From the human T2T-CHM13v2.0 reference genome, Homo sapiens: DNA of 64,000 nt. Shown here piece by piece: positions 46,021 through 63,160 of the stretch. Both the position numbers and the translations under genes were made by a program. The stretch lies in NCBI RefSeq assembly GCF_009914755.1, contig NC_060935.1, one strand, 5' to 3'. Position 1 is the first letter of the stretch; the number at the start of each line of letters is the position of its first letter. A model generated the notes under the pieces. It searched no databases and was not told the origin of the DNA. It saw only the letters and a program-made list of their open reading frames with translations.

Positions 46021-46314
46021 ATGATATTCTGGACACTGGAATCCACTAATTTAATGGATCCCTAATTATTGCCTCGTCTTCTCTGCCTTTGAAGATTTAT
46101 TGAAAATTAGACGTATGTAACTGTCTACACATATCCACCCTATACTCATGAACTTCTCAGATCTTGCCACAGCAATTTAGAAAGAACTGCTGGTAAACTT
46201 TACCGGTCATTCTACCAGAGAAAGTAAAATGCACATGTAATTGTCTTGGGGCTGAGATTTATGGCATTTCCTTGCTATCATCTATATTAACTAACCCCTT
46301 AGCTCTAACCATTC

Positions 46315-46818
46315 AGGATTACGTTGATGGCTCTAATTCTTCATGTCTCTCTGTATCCATGCCCTATGTCATTAACTTTATAGCATCCTCCTACTGATTC
46401 TGGATTTGGCTATGGTTTTGATCAATAGGATGTTAACAAATGTGACTCAAAGGCTTGCACATTTCTCTTTATTGTTCTTGATTTCTACTATTACTATGAC
46501 CTGGCTAGGATGCCAGAAGGCAGCAGACCCGTAGAACAAAGTTTATTCAGGGCTCATTTCAGCTAAGCCCTTGATCAGCCATCAGCCAGCCAACATCATG
46601 CATTAGAGTGAGTCCAGACAAGATAAGTAGAGTGACCTAGTCAACCTGTAGCTGACTGTTGATGCATGAGTAAACCCAGCCCGGATCAGGTAAACCCACC
46701 CCAAATCAGGTAAACCCACAGGCTTATAAGCTACATAAATATTTATTATATGCTACTGAGTTTCTGAGATTGTTTGTTACACACCATTATTATGATGTGT
46801 AACATCATAACTGATATA
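46315..46818 (+). mobile_element. MLT1G/H-type LTR
   Basis: GATGGCTCTAATTCTTCA start; GATTGTTTGTTACAC...TAACTGATATA end. Confidence 0.65.
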
Positions 46819-48267
46819 CCAGCCTAGAAGTGCTCCATCTGGCAGATTCTGTCAGCTGTGTAGAATCTCTGTTTTGCTCTTTTATTATTTATTTTTCCTA
46901 TTTGTTTCAGGAACACCGTGTTGAGATGTTTTACTCAACACAGGAGACTTGAAATATCACTTCTCTGAACTTTAGTTGCATCTGTAAAATTATAAGTTAT
47001 ACTAAGATAAAAAGTTTCTTGAAGTGCAAGACAAAAATAAGAAGCATTCAGATTGGAAAGGAAGAAATAGTACTCTCTTTATTCACAGATGACATGATTA
47101 TCTATGTAGAAAATCTGATGAGATTTATTAAAAAGCTATTATAATTAGTAAGTGAATTAAGCAGGTTTTCAGGAAAAAGGATTAATATATAGTAACAATT
47201 TTATTTCCATTTACTAGCAATCAACAATTGAAAACTGAAACAATAAAAATTACCATTTACAATTACATTTAAAAATGAAATAGAAAGGGATAAATCTGAC
47301 CAAAAAAATGTGCAAAACCCGTACACTGAAAACTCCAAAACTTTGGTGAGAGAACCTAAAAGAATACCCAAATAAATGAGAGACATACTGTATTCAAGGA
47401 TCGGAAGACATGCTACCGTTAATTCCCCCCAACTGATGTATAGATTCAGTACAGTCCCAATTAAAATCCCACCTGACTTTTTAACAGAAATGGACAAGAT
47501 GGTTCCAAATTTCACTTAGAAATGCCAAGGACCTAGAATAGCCAAAACACTTTTGCAAAAAGAGAAACGAATTTGGAAGCTTAACATTACATGATTTCAA
47601 GATTTATTGTAGAATACAATAATGAAAACAGTGTAGTAATTGAATATCCATATGCAAAAAAAAAACCTTCAATCCATGCTTTGCAGAAACTCAAAATGGA
47701 TGGTAGGCCTAAATGTAAAACATAAAACTACAAAACTTCGACTGGATGCCGTAGCTTATGTCTGTAATCCCAGCACTTTGGGAGGCTGAGGTGGGAGGAT
47801 CACTTGAGCCCAGAAGTTTGAGACCAGCCTGGTCAACATAGCAAGAGCTCGTCTACAAAAAAATAAAATATTAGCCAGATGTGGTGGTACACACCTGCAG
47901 TTCCAGCTTCTCAGGAGGCTAATGTGGATCTCTTGAGCTGGGGAAGTCAAGGCTACAGTGAGCCATGATTATGCCACTGCACTCCAGCCTGGGCAACAGA
48001 GTGAGACCTGGTCTTAAAATATTTTTTTTTTTCAAAAGAAAAGCATATAAGAAAATCTTTGTGACCTTGGATTAAGCAAAGACTTCTTACATTTGACTAA
48101 AAGCATGATCTATAAAAGAAAAACATTGGTAAATTGAACTTCATCAAAATTAAAACACCTGGTCTTCTAAAGACACTGTTAAGAGAATGGAAAGACAAAC
48201 CCTAGACTGGGAGAAAATATCTGCAAAGCATATATCTGATAAAGGACTTTATATATATATATGTAGC

Positions 48268-48703
48268 TGTATCCATCTTAGTCTTCTAAGGCTGCCATAT
48301 AAAATACTCTTGACTGGGTGGGTTAAATAATAGAAACTTATTTTCTCCCAATTCTGGAGGCTGGAAGTCTGAGGTCAGGGTACCAGTATGATTGGGTTCT
48401 GGTGAAGGCTGTCTTCCTGGTTTGTAGACAGCTGCCTTCTCATTTTGTGCTCACGTTGCCTTTCCTTGGTTGCAATGCATGGAGAGAGATAAAAATCTCT
48501 CTCTTTATATTATTAAGGGAGAGAGAAAAATCTCTCTCTCTTTCACTTCTTATATGGCTTCTAATTCTATCAGATTAGAACCCCACTCTTAGTTCTCATT
48601 GAACCTTAATTACCTCCTAAAAGCTTCTTTTTAAAATACAATCAGATTAGAAGATAAGTCTTCAACATATACACTTTGGAAGGGCACAATTCAGTCCATA
48701 GCA
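48268..48703 (-). mobile_element. MLT1A-type MaLR LTR
   Basis: TTCTGGAGGCTGGAAGTCTGAGGTCAGGG...CAATTCAGTCCATAGCA. Confidence 0.8.
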
Positions 48704-49538
48704 ATAAGATTTGAACAGACACTTCATCAAAGAATATACCTGACAAATGAAACATAAAAAAAAGCCCCAGACCAGACGCCACGACACAGGGCGGTAATCC
48801 TGGCATTTTGAGAGGCTGAGGCAGGTCTATAGCTTGAGCTCAGAAGTTCCAAACCAGCCTGGGCAACATAGTGAGACGGTCTCTACAAACAATGCAAAAA
48901 TTAGCTGGGCATGCTGGTGCGTGCCTGTAGTCCCAGCTATTCAGGAGGCTGAGGTGGAAGGATCACTTGAGCCTGGAAGGTGGAGGTTGCAGTGAGACAA
49001 GATGGTAACACTGCACTTCAGCCTGGATGACAGAGCGAGATGCTGTCTCAAGAAAAAAAAAATGCCCCAAAACATGAGTCATTAGGAAAATGCAAATCAA
49101 AACCACAATAAGAAATTACTACCTATCTTTAAGGATAGCTAAAATTAAAAAGACTTATACCAAGTACTGATAAAGATATGAAGAAACTAGGATTCTCACC
49201 ATTTTGGAAAACAGTTTTGAAAAATAATTTAGCAGTGTCTGAAGAAGTTAACAAACACTCATCATGCCTCAGGCAGGCATTCATTCCTAAGTATTTACCT
49301 AGGAGAAACTGGAAAATTTCTCTAAGACAGTTTGTATGACTATTCATAGTAGCTTTATTTTAATAGCTCCAAACTGGAAATAATCCCAAATGTCTATCAA
49401 TAGGTGAATATTAGGTAATAAAGTATGATATATTTATACAATGAGATACCACTTAGCAATAGAAATATTGAGCTATGAGTACACACAAAACATGGCTGAA
49501 TCTCAAAACAATTACGCTAAATGAAAGAAGTCGGCCGA

Positions 49539-50395
49539 TAAACAGACAATTCTCAAAAGAAGGCATACAAGTGACCAACAAACATACGAACAAATGCTCC
49601 ACACCAGTATTCATCAGAGATACGCAAATCGAAACCACCATGAGATACCATCTCACACCAGTCAGAATGGCTATTACTAAAAAGTCAGAAAACAACAGAT
49701 GCTTACAAGGCTATGGAGGAAAGGGAACCTTTATACACTGTTGGTGGGAATGCAAATTAGTTCACCCCTTCTGGGAAGCAGTTTGGAGATTTCTCAAGGA
49801 ACTTAAAACAGAACTACTATTTGACCCAGCAATCTGATTACTAGATAAATATCCAAAAGAAAACAAATTATTCCACCAAAAAGACACATGCATGTTAATC
49901 ACAGCACTATTTACAATAGCAAAGACATGGAATTAACCCAGGTACCTATCAATTGTTGATTTGATAAAGAAAATGTGGTACATATACACCATGGAATACT
50001 ATGCACCTATGAAAAAGAACAAAATCATGCTCTTTGCATCAACATGGATGCAGCTGAAGGTCATTACCCTAAGCAAATTAACTCAAGAACAGAAAACCAA
50101 ATATTGCATGTTTTCGTTTATAAGTGGGAGCTAAACATTGGGTATTCACGGCGTAAAAGTGGTAACAATAGAAACTGGGAACTACTAGAGGGAGGAGGGA
50201 GGAGGGTAAAGTTTGAAAAACTAGCTATTGGGTACTACGCTCAATACCCACATGATGAGATCATTTGTACCCCAAATTTCAGCATTATGCAATATACCTA
50301 GGTAACAAACCTGCATGTGTATCCCCGATTCTAAAATAAGTTGTAAAAAAAGAAACGTAAAGACATTTTTTTGTCAGACCAAAAAAAAAAAAAAA
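49539..50395 (+). mobile_element. L1PA/L1PB-type 3' fragment (ORF2 C-terminus plus 3'UTR) inserted into the older L1M
   Basis: ORF 49475..49837 contains RYHLTPVRMA...HCWWECKLV; poly-A; TSD-like AAAGAAG(T/C)C. Confidence 0.88.
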
Positions 50396-50615
50396 AGAAG
50401 CCAGACCAAAATAACAGTGAATACTATACTATGCTATTATTTTTATACAAATTTCTAGAAAATGAAAGTTAACCTATAGCAACATAAGCAGATCAGTGGA
50501 TGCCTGAGGATGGTTTTGGAGGGAGAGTGGAGAAGGGTGGGGAGAAAAGATTACAAAAAGTCTCAAGAAAACTTTTGACGATGATAGATACATTCACTTT
50601 TTTTGTGTGTGCTTT

Positions 50616-51230
50616 GCCCTTGCTAGATGTGATGCCTGCCTTGTTTTGTTGCTGTGACTTTTCTATCACAAATCTGGCCTTCCCTGCTTCCTGCTGAGCT
50701 TTGTTTGGATTTTACTGCTTCCAAGAACTCCTCCCCAAAGGTCAGACGTGTCAAGGACATGTTGGATAGGGCATTGCTCACCTGTCTGGAGACCAGCTCT
50801 CTATCTCTGATGTCAAAGTGAGCCATTACTCACTTGAGGATCTCCATAGCGATGAATGGCAGCCCACGCTTGTCACAGTCCTCTCTGTTGCCGATGAAGA
50901 TATGGGGAAGTAGTCTGACAACTGGATGGAAAAGGATGCAACATAGGACATTGACAATCTATACATTTTTATTTCCAGCGATGAATCTCATGCCATCTAG
51001 CAGTCAAAGATCATTGTTTTCTGTACCCAAGAGGTAAGAAAATGCCTACTACAATATCCTGGGCTTTAAAGACAGAGCATTCACATTTGCTATTTCTGCC
51101 AAATTCTAAGGCCAGGCTAAACTTGCCAATACACTTAAGCACTTTGGCAGCCATGTTAGTTTGCTGGACCTCATCTCTTGGCCCATTTGTACCTGCCTTC
51201 ATGCTGACTTCTGCATGGATCCCCCAGCTC
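50616..51230 (-). pseudogene. PHB1: Processed prohibitin-1 (PHB1) pseudogene: 5'UTR plus codons 1 to about 216, degraded
   Basis: ATG at 51154. MAAKVLKCIGKFSLAL matches PHB1 MAAKVFESIGKFGLAL; also QDIVVG, RELVSRQVS and SLTRLTFGEEFLEAVKSKQ (PHB1 SLTHLTFGKEFTEAVEAKQ). Intronless, with frameshifts, stops and deletions. The symbol is that of the parent gene; the specific PHB1P number is not determined. Confidence 0.93.
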
Positions 51231-51329
51231 CATTCATTCTCTGGATGATGCTAAGAACTTCCTTTTGTCTTTGATATTCTGCATGGACTTTAAAATATTT
51301 ACCCACTGGGGATATGCTATTCTTCCTGG

Positions 51330-52230
51330 ACCTGTGATCCATATTTTTCATAAGTTGGAAAAATTTGCAGCCAATATCACTTTAAGTGTTACTTCTCCAT
51401 TTCCTCTACTCTCTCTTTCTGATACTCTGAATAGGTGTATATTAGACCTTCCAAATCTATTAATGTTTGTTTCATATTTTCCATTCTTTTCTCAGTATTG
51501 CACTTTTGGTCATTTCTTCAGGGATGTCTGCCAAATCATTAATTCTGTCTTCAGCTGTGTCTAACCTGTTAATTAACTCAATATTTTTATATCAATAATT
51601 AAAATTTTTAGTTCTTATTGTTCCATTTTTTCCCACAAATTTATCTTTTCACTCCCCAAAGTCATTTATGGATTAGATAATCCTGTGTTGGCACAGCTGT
51701 TCTATATTCTATATCTGACAGATCTCATATCTGTAATCCACAGGATTCTAAATTCATTGTCCATTATTTTTGCCAGTTCTCAGTAATAGTAGCTTTCATT
51801 TTATGTTTAGTGATGTTGTGAGCTCATTGTTTGCCATAGCAGGTGAAAAATCTGAGCGTTTAAATTAAGGATTGGAGAAGTTTTCCTGCAGAGATTTGCT
51901 CCTGCTTTTGATAGTAAGGAGGAGGTGCCACCAATCTAGGACTATGTCAATGCATCATTGACCTTGTCCCCACCTTTATATTCTCCCTGCTCTCCTTTGA
52001 GGGTCTCAGTTCATGGTGGAATCCCAAATCTCTCTTACCTTGAGATTGGCCCCAAACTCAGTGTTCTGGCGGCACTGCTGCAACCAACATTCATCCTCTG
52101 GTAGATCAGGATTGACCTCTCATTTTCTCTTTATCTTTTTCTTTTTTGTTTAATTTTGCAGCATATCTCTTTCCTCTTGTAAGACTGATGACATCTCAAA
52201 TAATGTATTCTACCAGGCTTTGCTGTCTGT
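51330..52230 (-). mobile_element. Ancient L1M ORF1/5' region fragment
   Basis: AAGTTGGAAAAATTTGCAGCCAATAT...TAGGTGTATATTAGACC...CTTCAGCTGTGTCTAA. Confidence 0.55.
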
Positions 52231-52439
52231 AGCTGGATCACCTTGGAGCACACCCTCAGACATTGCCAGAAGAGGAAGAGGTTCACCTTGTCTCCCTTTC
52301 CCCTGCTTTTTTCATCTTTGACGCTACAGACACAAGGCACTGCCTATAGGTATGCAGGCCTAGTGCTTGCTCAGGGCAGACAAAATATCAGTAGCTCAGC
52401 CTTAGCATCTGGCGAGACTTGGCATTAAGATATATTGCT

Positions 52440-53067
<628 letters not shown>

Positions 53068-53105
53068 GAGTATCTGATGTCATTTAGCTGAGTTTGGAAG
53101 GGGTG

Positions 53106-54031
<926 letters not shown>

Positions 54032-54477
54032 AGACAGGGTCATATCTCTGAGGCATAGCCCTTTGGACTCTTCACTTTGTTTCAGGCTCCAGAATGGGAC
54101 TCTTACCTTAGGCCTTACAGTTTTCCAGTCTGTCTGGTACCCTGCATAATGCCTCATAATTACCTCAGGATTAGAGTGTCGGTCCCAAATCTCGCCTACC
54201 TGGCAGAGATTCTTATCGTGGTTAGTGCTGGCCAACTCCCTCCCCTGCTAGATGGGATTCTAATCCCTATAAGCCCTGGAAATGAACAGATCTCTTGGAA
54301 TCACAACACGGCTTTCTTTTCCTTAACAGTCTCATCCAACCACCTGGAATTTCACACTTCTAGCTTCACCCAATAGAAAGGACCTTCCTGATTTCAATAT
54401 GTTTATGATTACATTAATTTTTTCCTCATCCATAGCCACTGGAAGACATGAGCCTAAGACATCTGAGGTGTCCCTAA

Positions 54478-54802
<325 letters not shown>

Positions 54803-56416
54803 CAGCTCAGTCTCTTTAACTAAGACATTTCTCCAGTCTCATCCAGGCCCCAGCTTCTGCTACTGCTCCTTATCTCAACCCCACCCCTCAAGACTCACCT
54901 CAAATGCCACCTCATTCAGGAAGGCATCTGTGATCTTTCTCTTCTCAGCTGGATGGATTTGTTCCTGCCTCATGATCCTAGCAGCCCATAGGATCCCTTG
55001 TTTCCATTATATTTCTTTCATATTTCTATAATCCTGTGTTTTCTCAACCTTCTCATTAGACAGCAAATTCCTTGAGGGACTTAGCTCATTTCTTCTTGTA
55101 ACTCTTTAGGCTTGTGATCAAGAAATGCAATTGAATTAAAAAGAAGATAGTATTTTTACTTTCATTACCATTTGTATAATCATTTCCCTCATACAGGACA
55201 GGGCTTAATAATTCGATGAACACAGATACAATTATTCAGCCTCCCTAGAAATCAAGTTTCCTGTCTCTCTGTAGCAAAGGTACCAGGCAGTCTTGGGTAG
55301 GAGAAAATAGAGTAGGAAATGGACCTTGGGATTGGGAGACTTTGGGAATTCAAAGAGAGAAAGCATTGCATTTCTGATGTCAGAGAAAAAACGTCTGTGC
55401 TGAGAGCAGACACCAACAGCATACTAAATGACAGTAATAAAGCAAGGGCCAGACACTCAGGCTTTGACACCTGTAACTAAAAGATGTTTTTGCAACCTTG
55501 CCAAGGTTTTGCAATCATTGCCTTTATTATTAAGCAGCTGGTGCTCCAGAGATGATCCAAGCTTTTACTTCCTTTATGCTCTTTTAGCAGGGATATTTAT
55601 TATGGCTGTCTCCTCCCATTTGTCTGCAAGGATTATTATACTATATGACTCTATGTCTCCAGAGTAAACTGCCCCTTCGAGGGTTATAAAATATGCCAGA
55701 GCCTCAGCAAGAGAAATAAGTTCTTAGCATGGATTCAGTAATTGGTGCTTCAATAAAACTAGAAGTTCGTCTCTTGCCATAAGCCTGGCTATTTCTATGA
55801 TCTTTGGACTTCATGAAAGTTTTTATTTTTTATTTTCCTGTTAGAACTCTCTTTTCTCTTCTTCACAGGCATATTAAGAAGAAAAGGAGCACCTCAGAAT
55901 CCTCTGGGCAGTCCCTTTTTTCTCACTGAAGTGACTGGCTTTCCTCACTGGGGACCTAGTAATAGCCAAATGTTCTGTGTACAATTAGTGAAAGATCTAC
56001 ATGCATTCCTGCTACTTTTGTGGGTAATGCAGAAAACAAAATACTGTGCAAATGGTACACAGCCCAGGAAAAAGTAGGGCAACCAAATCTGTGGCTTTGA
56101 AGCCACGGGAATGATCAAGAAACCCAATTAGACTATAAGCATGGTGAAATAGGCCAGAGGCTCATAAATCCTCACCTGGTGCTGGAATCCCATCTGCAGC
56201 AAGCAGCCATTACACACTAGGTGATCACTGGCCTGCCCACTCTCCTAGCCCCCCACCACTCTGACCAGAGCTAGTTAGAAGTCAGCTGCAAAAAATATGT
56301 GTGTATCCAGTGAGAGCTTCCTGAGAAGGCAGTTCACAAGCATGGGAGCCGTATTAGATCTGTTATTGGAATGGTCATTAGGAAAACACGATATCAGGAG
56401 GGATTGTGCAAGTCAT

Positions 56417-56765
56417 CGCTATGAATCTGAATGCCTGTGTCCCCCAAAATTCATATATGGAAATCCTAACCCCCAAGGTGATGGTAATTAGGAGGTGGGG
56501 CCTTTGGGAGGTGATTAGGTCGTAAGGGCAGACCCCTCATGAATGAGATTAGTGCCTCTATCAAAGAGGCCCCGAAGAGCTGCCTTTTGTTTCTTCTACC
56601 ACGGGAGGAAGTGAAAAGGTGCCATCTCTGAACCAGGAAGCAGACCCTCACCAGACAATGAATGGGCTGGTGCTTTGACCTTGGACTTAGCCTCCAGAAT
56701 TGTGAGAAATAAATTTTTATTGTTTGTAAGATGCCTACTTTATGGTATTTTGTTACAACAGTAAC
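56417..56765 (+). mobile_element. MLT1A0-type LTR
   Basis: TGTGTCCCCCAAAATTCATAT...CAGAATTGTGAGAAATAAATT. Confidence 0.8.
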
Positions 56766-56847
56766 TTTAATAGTTTGCTCTACTTCCAAAATGTTCTCTG
56801 AAATGACTAAGACAGTCATAAGCCCTGAAAGGAGGTGCATGATATTA

Positions 56848-57830
<983 letters not shown>

Positions 57831-58387
57831 TTAAAAATTAAACAAAATTTAAAAATTAAATTGCTAAATTAAAATTTAAAAAAGGAATTTGAATCATGTC
57901 ATTCCCCGTTTAAATTTTTCAATTACTTCCCATTTCTCTGAGGGCAAAATCTGAACTCCTGACCACAGCCCAAAAAAGCTTGCAAAGCTCCCCATTTCCC
58001 CAGCTCCCTTTCCCTTCTACCCCTTCCCTCCCTGTAGGGTAGACGTGGTGGCCATCTTTTAATTTCTGAAACATGCCAAACTTGCTCAAATATACGGAAC
58101 TTTACACTTACTCATTCTTTTTCCTGAGACAATTTCTCCCTAGGTCTCGACATGTCAGGCTTCTTCTTATCCTGGCCTTGGCTCCAATACCTTTGAAGAA
58201 GCTTCTCTATCATCCTGGCTAAAGGAGCCCCTCACTCTTAATCATTCTGTAACCCATTGCCATACTTAACTTTTTTCATAGCACTTAACCTTATCTGGAA
58301 TTTTGTTTACATACTGAGTTTCTGACTCTTTTCCAAAGACTAAGTGAGAGAAAAGATTTTTAATTTTCTAGTCAACTAGTATATTCC

Positions 58388-58790
58388 TGCTATGGTTGGA
58401 AGGTTTATCTTCTCAAAAACTCATATTGAGACCTAATCCCCAATGTAACAGTATTAAGAAGTGGAGCCTTTACGAAGGGATTGGGTCATAATGGCTCTGC
58501 CTTCATAGATGGATTAATCTACTCATAGATTAATGGATTAATGGCTTATCATGAGAGTAGGTCTGTTGTAAAAGCCAGTTTGGTTCTCTCTCATGAGCTT
58601 GCTCACCATGTGATGCCCTGTGCCACCTTAGGACCCTGCAGAAAGTCTCCACCAGCAAGAAGACTCTCCCCAGATGAAGTCCCTTGACCTTGGACTTTCC
58701 AGCCTCCAGAGCCATAAGAAATCAATTTCTCTATTTTATAAATTACAGTCTCTGATATTCACTTATAGCAATAGAAAATGGACTAGGACA
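58388..58790 (+). mobile_element. MSTD/MSTC-type LTR
   Basis: TGCTATGGTTGG...GGACTAGGACA. Confidence 0.8.
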
Positions 58791-60792
58791 ATCCCACACA
58801 GCAGATTTTTCATTAATGTTTGTTGAGTGAATGAAAGATGTACACAAGGATTTTAAAAGTGTATTTTGACTTCTACAGTAAGACTATCCAAAGAGTAAGT
58901 TAATCTATGTTGGTGTGACTGGTACCTAGGAACTCTGGATTGATTCTCCTTTGCTAAATTATGCATTTAATCATCTCTCCTAGTGCTTTGTTTGAGATTC
59001 TCCAACCTCTGCTTTTCTGGAAACTACAATTGAACTCAAGAATTCAGTCCTTTACTTGCCCATAATTTCTCAGAATTACTGACTACTTGTCTGTGATTGC
59101 ATTTGGTGTGTAATTTCAGCACTCTGGAATGAAATTGTCTGAGCATCACACTTGGACTAATTTAGAGTGACTAGAGGCTCTCCTTAGGAGTCTTCACTGA
59201 ATTGGGGTTCCACTTCCTGGTTCTTATTGCTTGCCTGCCGTTTCTGTAGTATCTCCTATTAGGGCCTCCAGGAGAGGCTTTTCCCACAATAGTTTATAGT
59301 CAGTCAGTAAACATTGTCTATGATTGACTCTGTAATGGCCTCCTGGGTTCCCTTCAGGCCCCTAAACTGCCTTAACATGTAACCCCAGCCTAGTTCTGGG
59401 AGGAAGCAGAGTAAAGTAGTTAAGTATCCAGGATATGGACTCTGGTTCCCTGAGTTTGCATCTCAGCTCTGCTACATGCTGGTGATGTAACCTTGGTCCT
59501 TACCTTTCTAATCTTCAAGTGGTTCTGACTTTATAACCTACCCAGTTCCCAGATCCCTGTTTGTTCTCACTTGCCCTTTCAGGGAGGGGTCCCAGACGCT
59601 GGACACCTGCTGACCTCCTTGTTGCCCACTGAACAGCCCACATTGCCTGTGTCATTGCACTCCATCTTTAGAGGGTCTTCTATTTGGGGGCCTCTCTGCT
59701 CAGATCATTTCCTAATGCCTGTCAATATCTCCAGATGTCATGTGCCATTTGCCAGGATGGGCTCTTTCTCATTATCTGCTACTGTGTCTCTCCCCAAGCA
59801 TAGACGCCATCCACGGCAGAAGACTTAACTTTTGGGTCTGAGATCTTTTGTTTGGAATGTCCTGCAGCAGCTAAGCTCCAATTCTGTGGCCTCTAACATT
59901 AGGTGGAGAATCTGGTGGCAGAGAATAAGCAGTGGGACTTTGACAAAAGACAGGGCATTTCATCATCAGCCACCATTACTAAAAGGCTTTATTGATTATT
60001 TGTTGGCACGTGGTGCTATACTTAGTGCTGTATGAAGCCGTCTAATCAAGACTCAGCACCCACCCAGAAGATTTATGGTACAATCCAAGACACCATATTG
60101 GCTTCCTGATGCTACTTTTTCTTCACGTGATCCAACCTGATTTCTTTCTAGCCTCATCATTTCTTTCAGGCTAGGAGAAATTAGACCTGGAAAAGCCATT
60201 TAAAAATAAAGCATCTTACCAGCTCCTATTCTCAGTAGCCACCGCCTATAAGAATGGAGTCTGACATGGTTGAGATGCCTGATAGATTTTCTTTGTGAGA
60301 CACTTCATGTTGCAAAACTTATTAGCTAATTGCCTGGCATCCCATATGGTTTCATTCGGTTTTTTTTTTCTTTGTATTATTCAAAAGAGAAAAGCAAAGT
60401 CCGAAAAAAAAGAAAGATCTAACCCTAAGATTTGCAGTGAATGAGAATCTGTGAGCCTGGGACATGATGCCTCTTAGAACCCAGAGTTTGAGCACTTGCT
60501 GTTTTGAGTAAAAGGAAGTGTCGGAGTCACCCTTTCAGGGTCAAAGACTCTGGCACAGCAGCCTGCACAAGTGCCCATGATGTCATGTCAATGGGTAGAA
60601 TCCTAGGGAATGGGAGTCCTGTGTGTGTTAGAGATGCCAGGAAATGTCTGGAGGGAGGGACAGAGGGGATGGATTGCCACCTTGGGCTCTGTCCCAATTG
60701 CCTCCTTGGAGGAGTACACCTTGGGGGAGTCTTTCCATTTCACACAATAAAGAAGGAACCTCATGGGGTCCATCTAATTCAACATTCCTATT

Positions 60793-61536
<744 letters not shown>

Positions 61537-61779
61537 TTATTCACCAGCTCAAGCTGCCACTCTCCCTTACCCCGCTGGTATCTTTTTGCCTCTGTTTCTT
61601 CAACAGTGGGCCACAACACCCAGTGGGGAAAGAGAGGATGACAGAAGCCATTTGGAAATCCTTGAGGGCACACCTACATCATATGTGCCCTCATCCCTCT
61701 CTGTGGCCATGCTCCTGGCAGAGACTCCTTTCAGAGCCTGCGGTAGGCCCTGCAGGGTTGGATGGTGCCCATAATCGGG

Positions 61780-62162
61780 GAAAACGCCCCTGATTGGATT
61801 AACAGACGTGGTTCATAGGACGGAATCCCATTTCCCTCACTTGAAAGCTGGCTTTTCGAAGCACAAATAAGCTGGTGATACAGGCCAGATGGGAGCTCCT
61901 GGGAGAAGGAGGAGGGGAAGAGAAGTCCCCTACTTGGCAAGAGGGATAGTGCAGGCATGGCCGCCCCTCCCCCAACCAATCTGGTTTCTCTTTGTGCTGG
62001 GCTGACAAGGGGCAGCTGGTGAAGCTGGCAGGGAGAGGGCCAGAGTGAAGTAGCCAAGTGTCCATAGGCAAAGGCCAGCCTTGGGGAAGAGAATGACGTC
62101 CCAGGGCACCCCTCCCTCAGACGTGGGCGCTGACCTCAGAGCCTCTCTGATCCCTGGTAAGC
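61780..62162 (+). promoter_or_regulatory. Candidate promoter/enhancer motif cluster
   Basis: ATTGG at 61793, GC box at 61960-61973, CCAAT at 61976, TGACGTC at 62094, donor CTG|GTAAGC at 62157. Confidence 0.35.
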
Positions 62163-62209
62163 TGGGACTCAGAGGACCTCATCAGAGCATCCAGCCAGCA
62201 GCAATTTTG

Positions 62210-62450
62210 CACTTGGACTCTGGTATCAGACACTGCTTTTAAATCCCCACTCTGCTCTTACTCGCTGTCTCACCTTGGGCAAATTACTTCACCACTCCGG
62301 GCTTCATTTCCTCTTCTACAAAATGGAGATGATAATAGTACCTACTTCACAGCATGACTCACAATTAAAAGAGTAACTAAAATGTAAAGCACTTCTAACA
62401 ATGTCTGAAATTTGTAAGAACTAAATAAGTATATGCTATTATTATAATTA
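62210..62450 (+). mobile_element. MIR
   Basis: CCTTGGGCAAATTACTT...TTTCCTCTTCTACAAAATGGAGATGATAATAGTACCTAC. Confidence 0.85.
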
Positions 62451-62759
62451 TTATTATGTCTTTTCTATTCTTTTTGGCACAGGAAAAACTGAACATTTAG
62501 CCTGAAGGTCTGTGAGAGGCAGAGAGAAAGATTCTAGCTCCCGGAAGCTCTGTTCAATGGCTGGAAATCTCAAGGATTTCTCTAGCCTTGCTGTGGCCTT
62601 TTCTTTCTTTCTTCCTTTTTTTTTTTTTTTTTAAATTTTGTCCCTTTCTGGTGACTGGCTTGGTCATGGAAATTTATGAGGGGCATTCTTTAAGGAATGC
62701 TATGTTTTCAGATTCATGAAGGCATCAGGATTCCAAAATCTGGAAAACACCTCTTTTGC

Positions 62760-63160
62760 TAGAGCAGTGGAGGGGCAGAAATCAAGACCAGGGCTGCCAT
62801 TTTCTACCTGTGTTAACCTCGATGAATTTCCTTCACCTCTCTGAGCCTCAGCTTCCTTTTGTTCAAATTGGGAAAAGTGTTGGATCTATCTCAAAAGATT
62901 GTTTGCTAGCCAACAAGAATGTGTTTGAAATGCTATATTCAAATGTAAGATAGTAGAGAGTCTCACATGTCATAAAGGATTTCGATTATCACATTATATA
63001 CTTATCGTGTGGCTTTTGGCAAGTTACTTAACCTTTGTTAAGAATCAGCGTCTTTTCTATAAAGTAGAGATAATTAAACTAACTTCACGGGGTGATTGTG
63101 AGGGTTATAGAAAATCTTATATTGATAGCACTCAGTACAATATCTGAAATGTAGTAGTTA
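62760..63160 (+). mobile_element. Two MIR fragments
   Basis: CCTCTCTGAGCCTCAGCTTCC; GGCAAGTTACTTAACC. Confidence 0.7.

Larger units (their letters stand above)
47030..50597 (+). mobile_element. Ancient L1M ORF2/3'UTR, fragmented by Alus (47740-48020, 48768-49062), an MLT1A and a younger L1
   Basis: ATTCACAGATGACATGATT (RT F-x-DD motif), AAAATCTTTGTGACCTTGG, GAAAATGCAAATCAAAACCACAAT. Confidence 0.85.

Noticed and set aside
49475-50301. Cys/Trp-rich 120-aa and 108-aa ORFs
   Set aside because: They are L1 ORF2 C-terminal and 3'UTR remnants.
50623-51202. Functional prohibitin paralogue
   Set aside because: Frameshifts, stops, internal deletions and a missing C-terminus.
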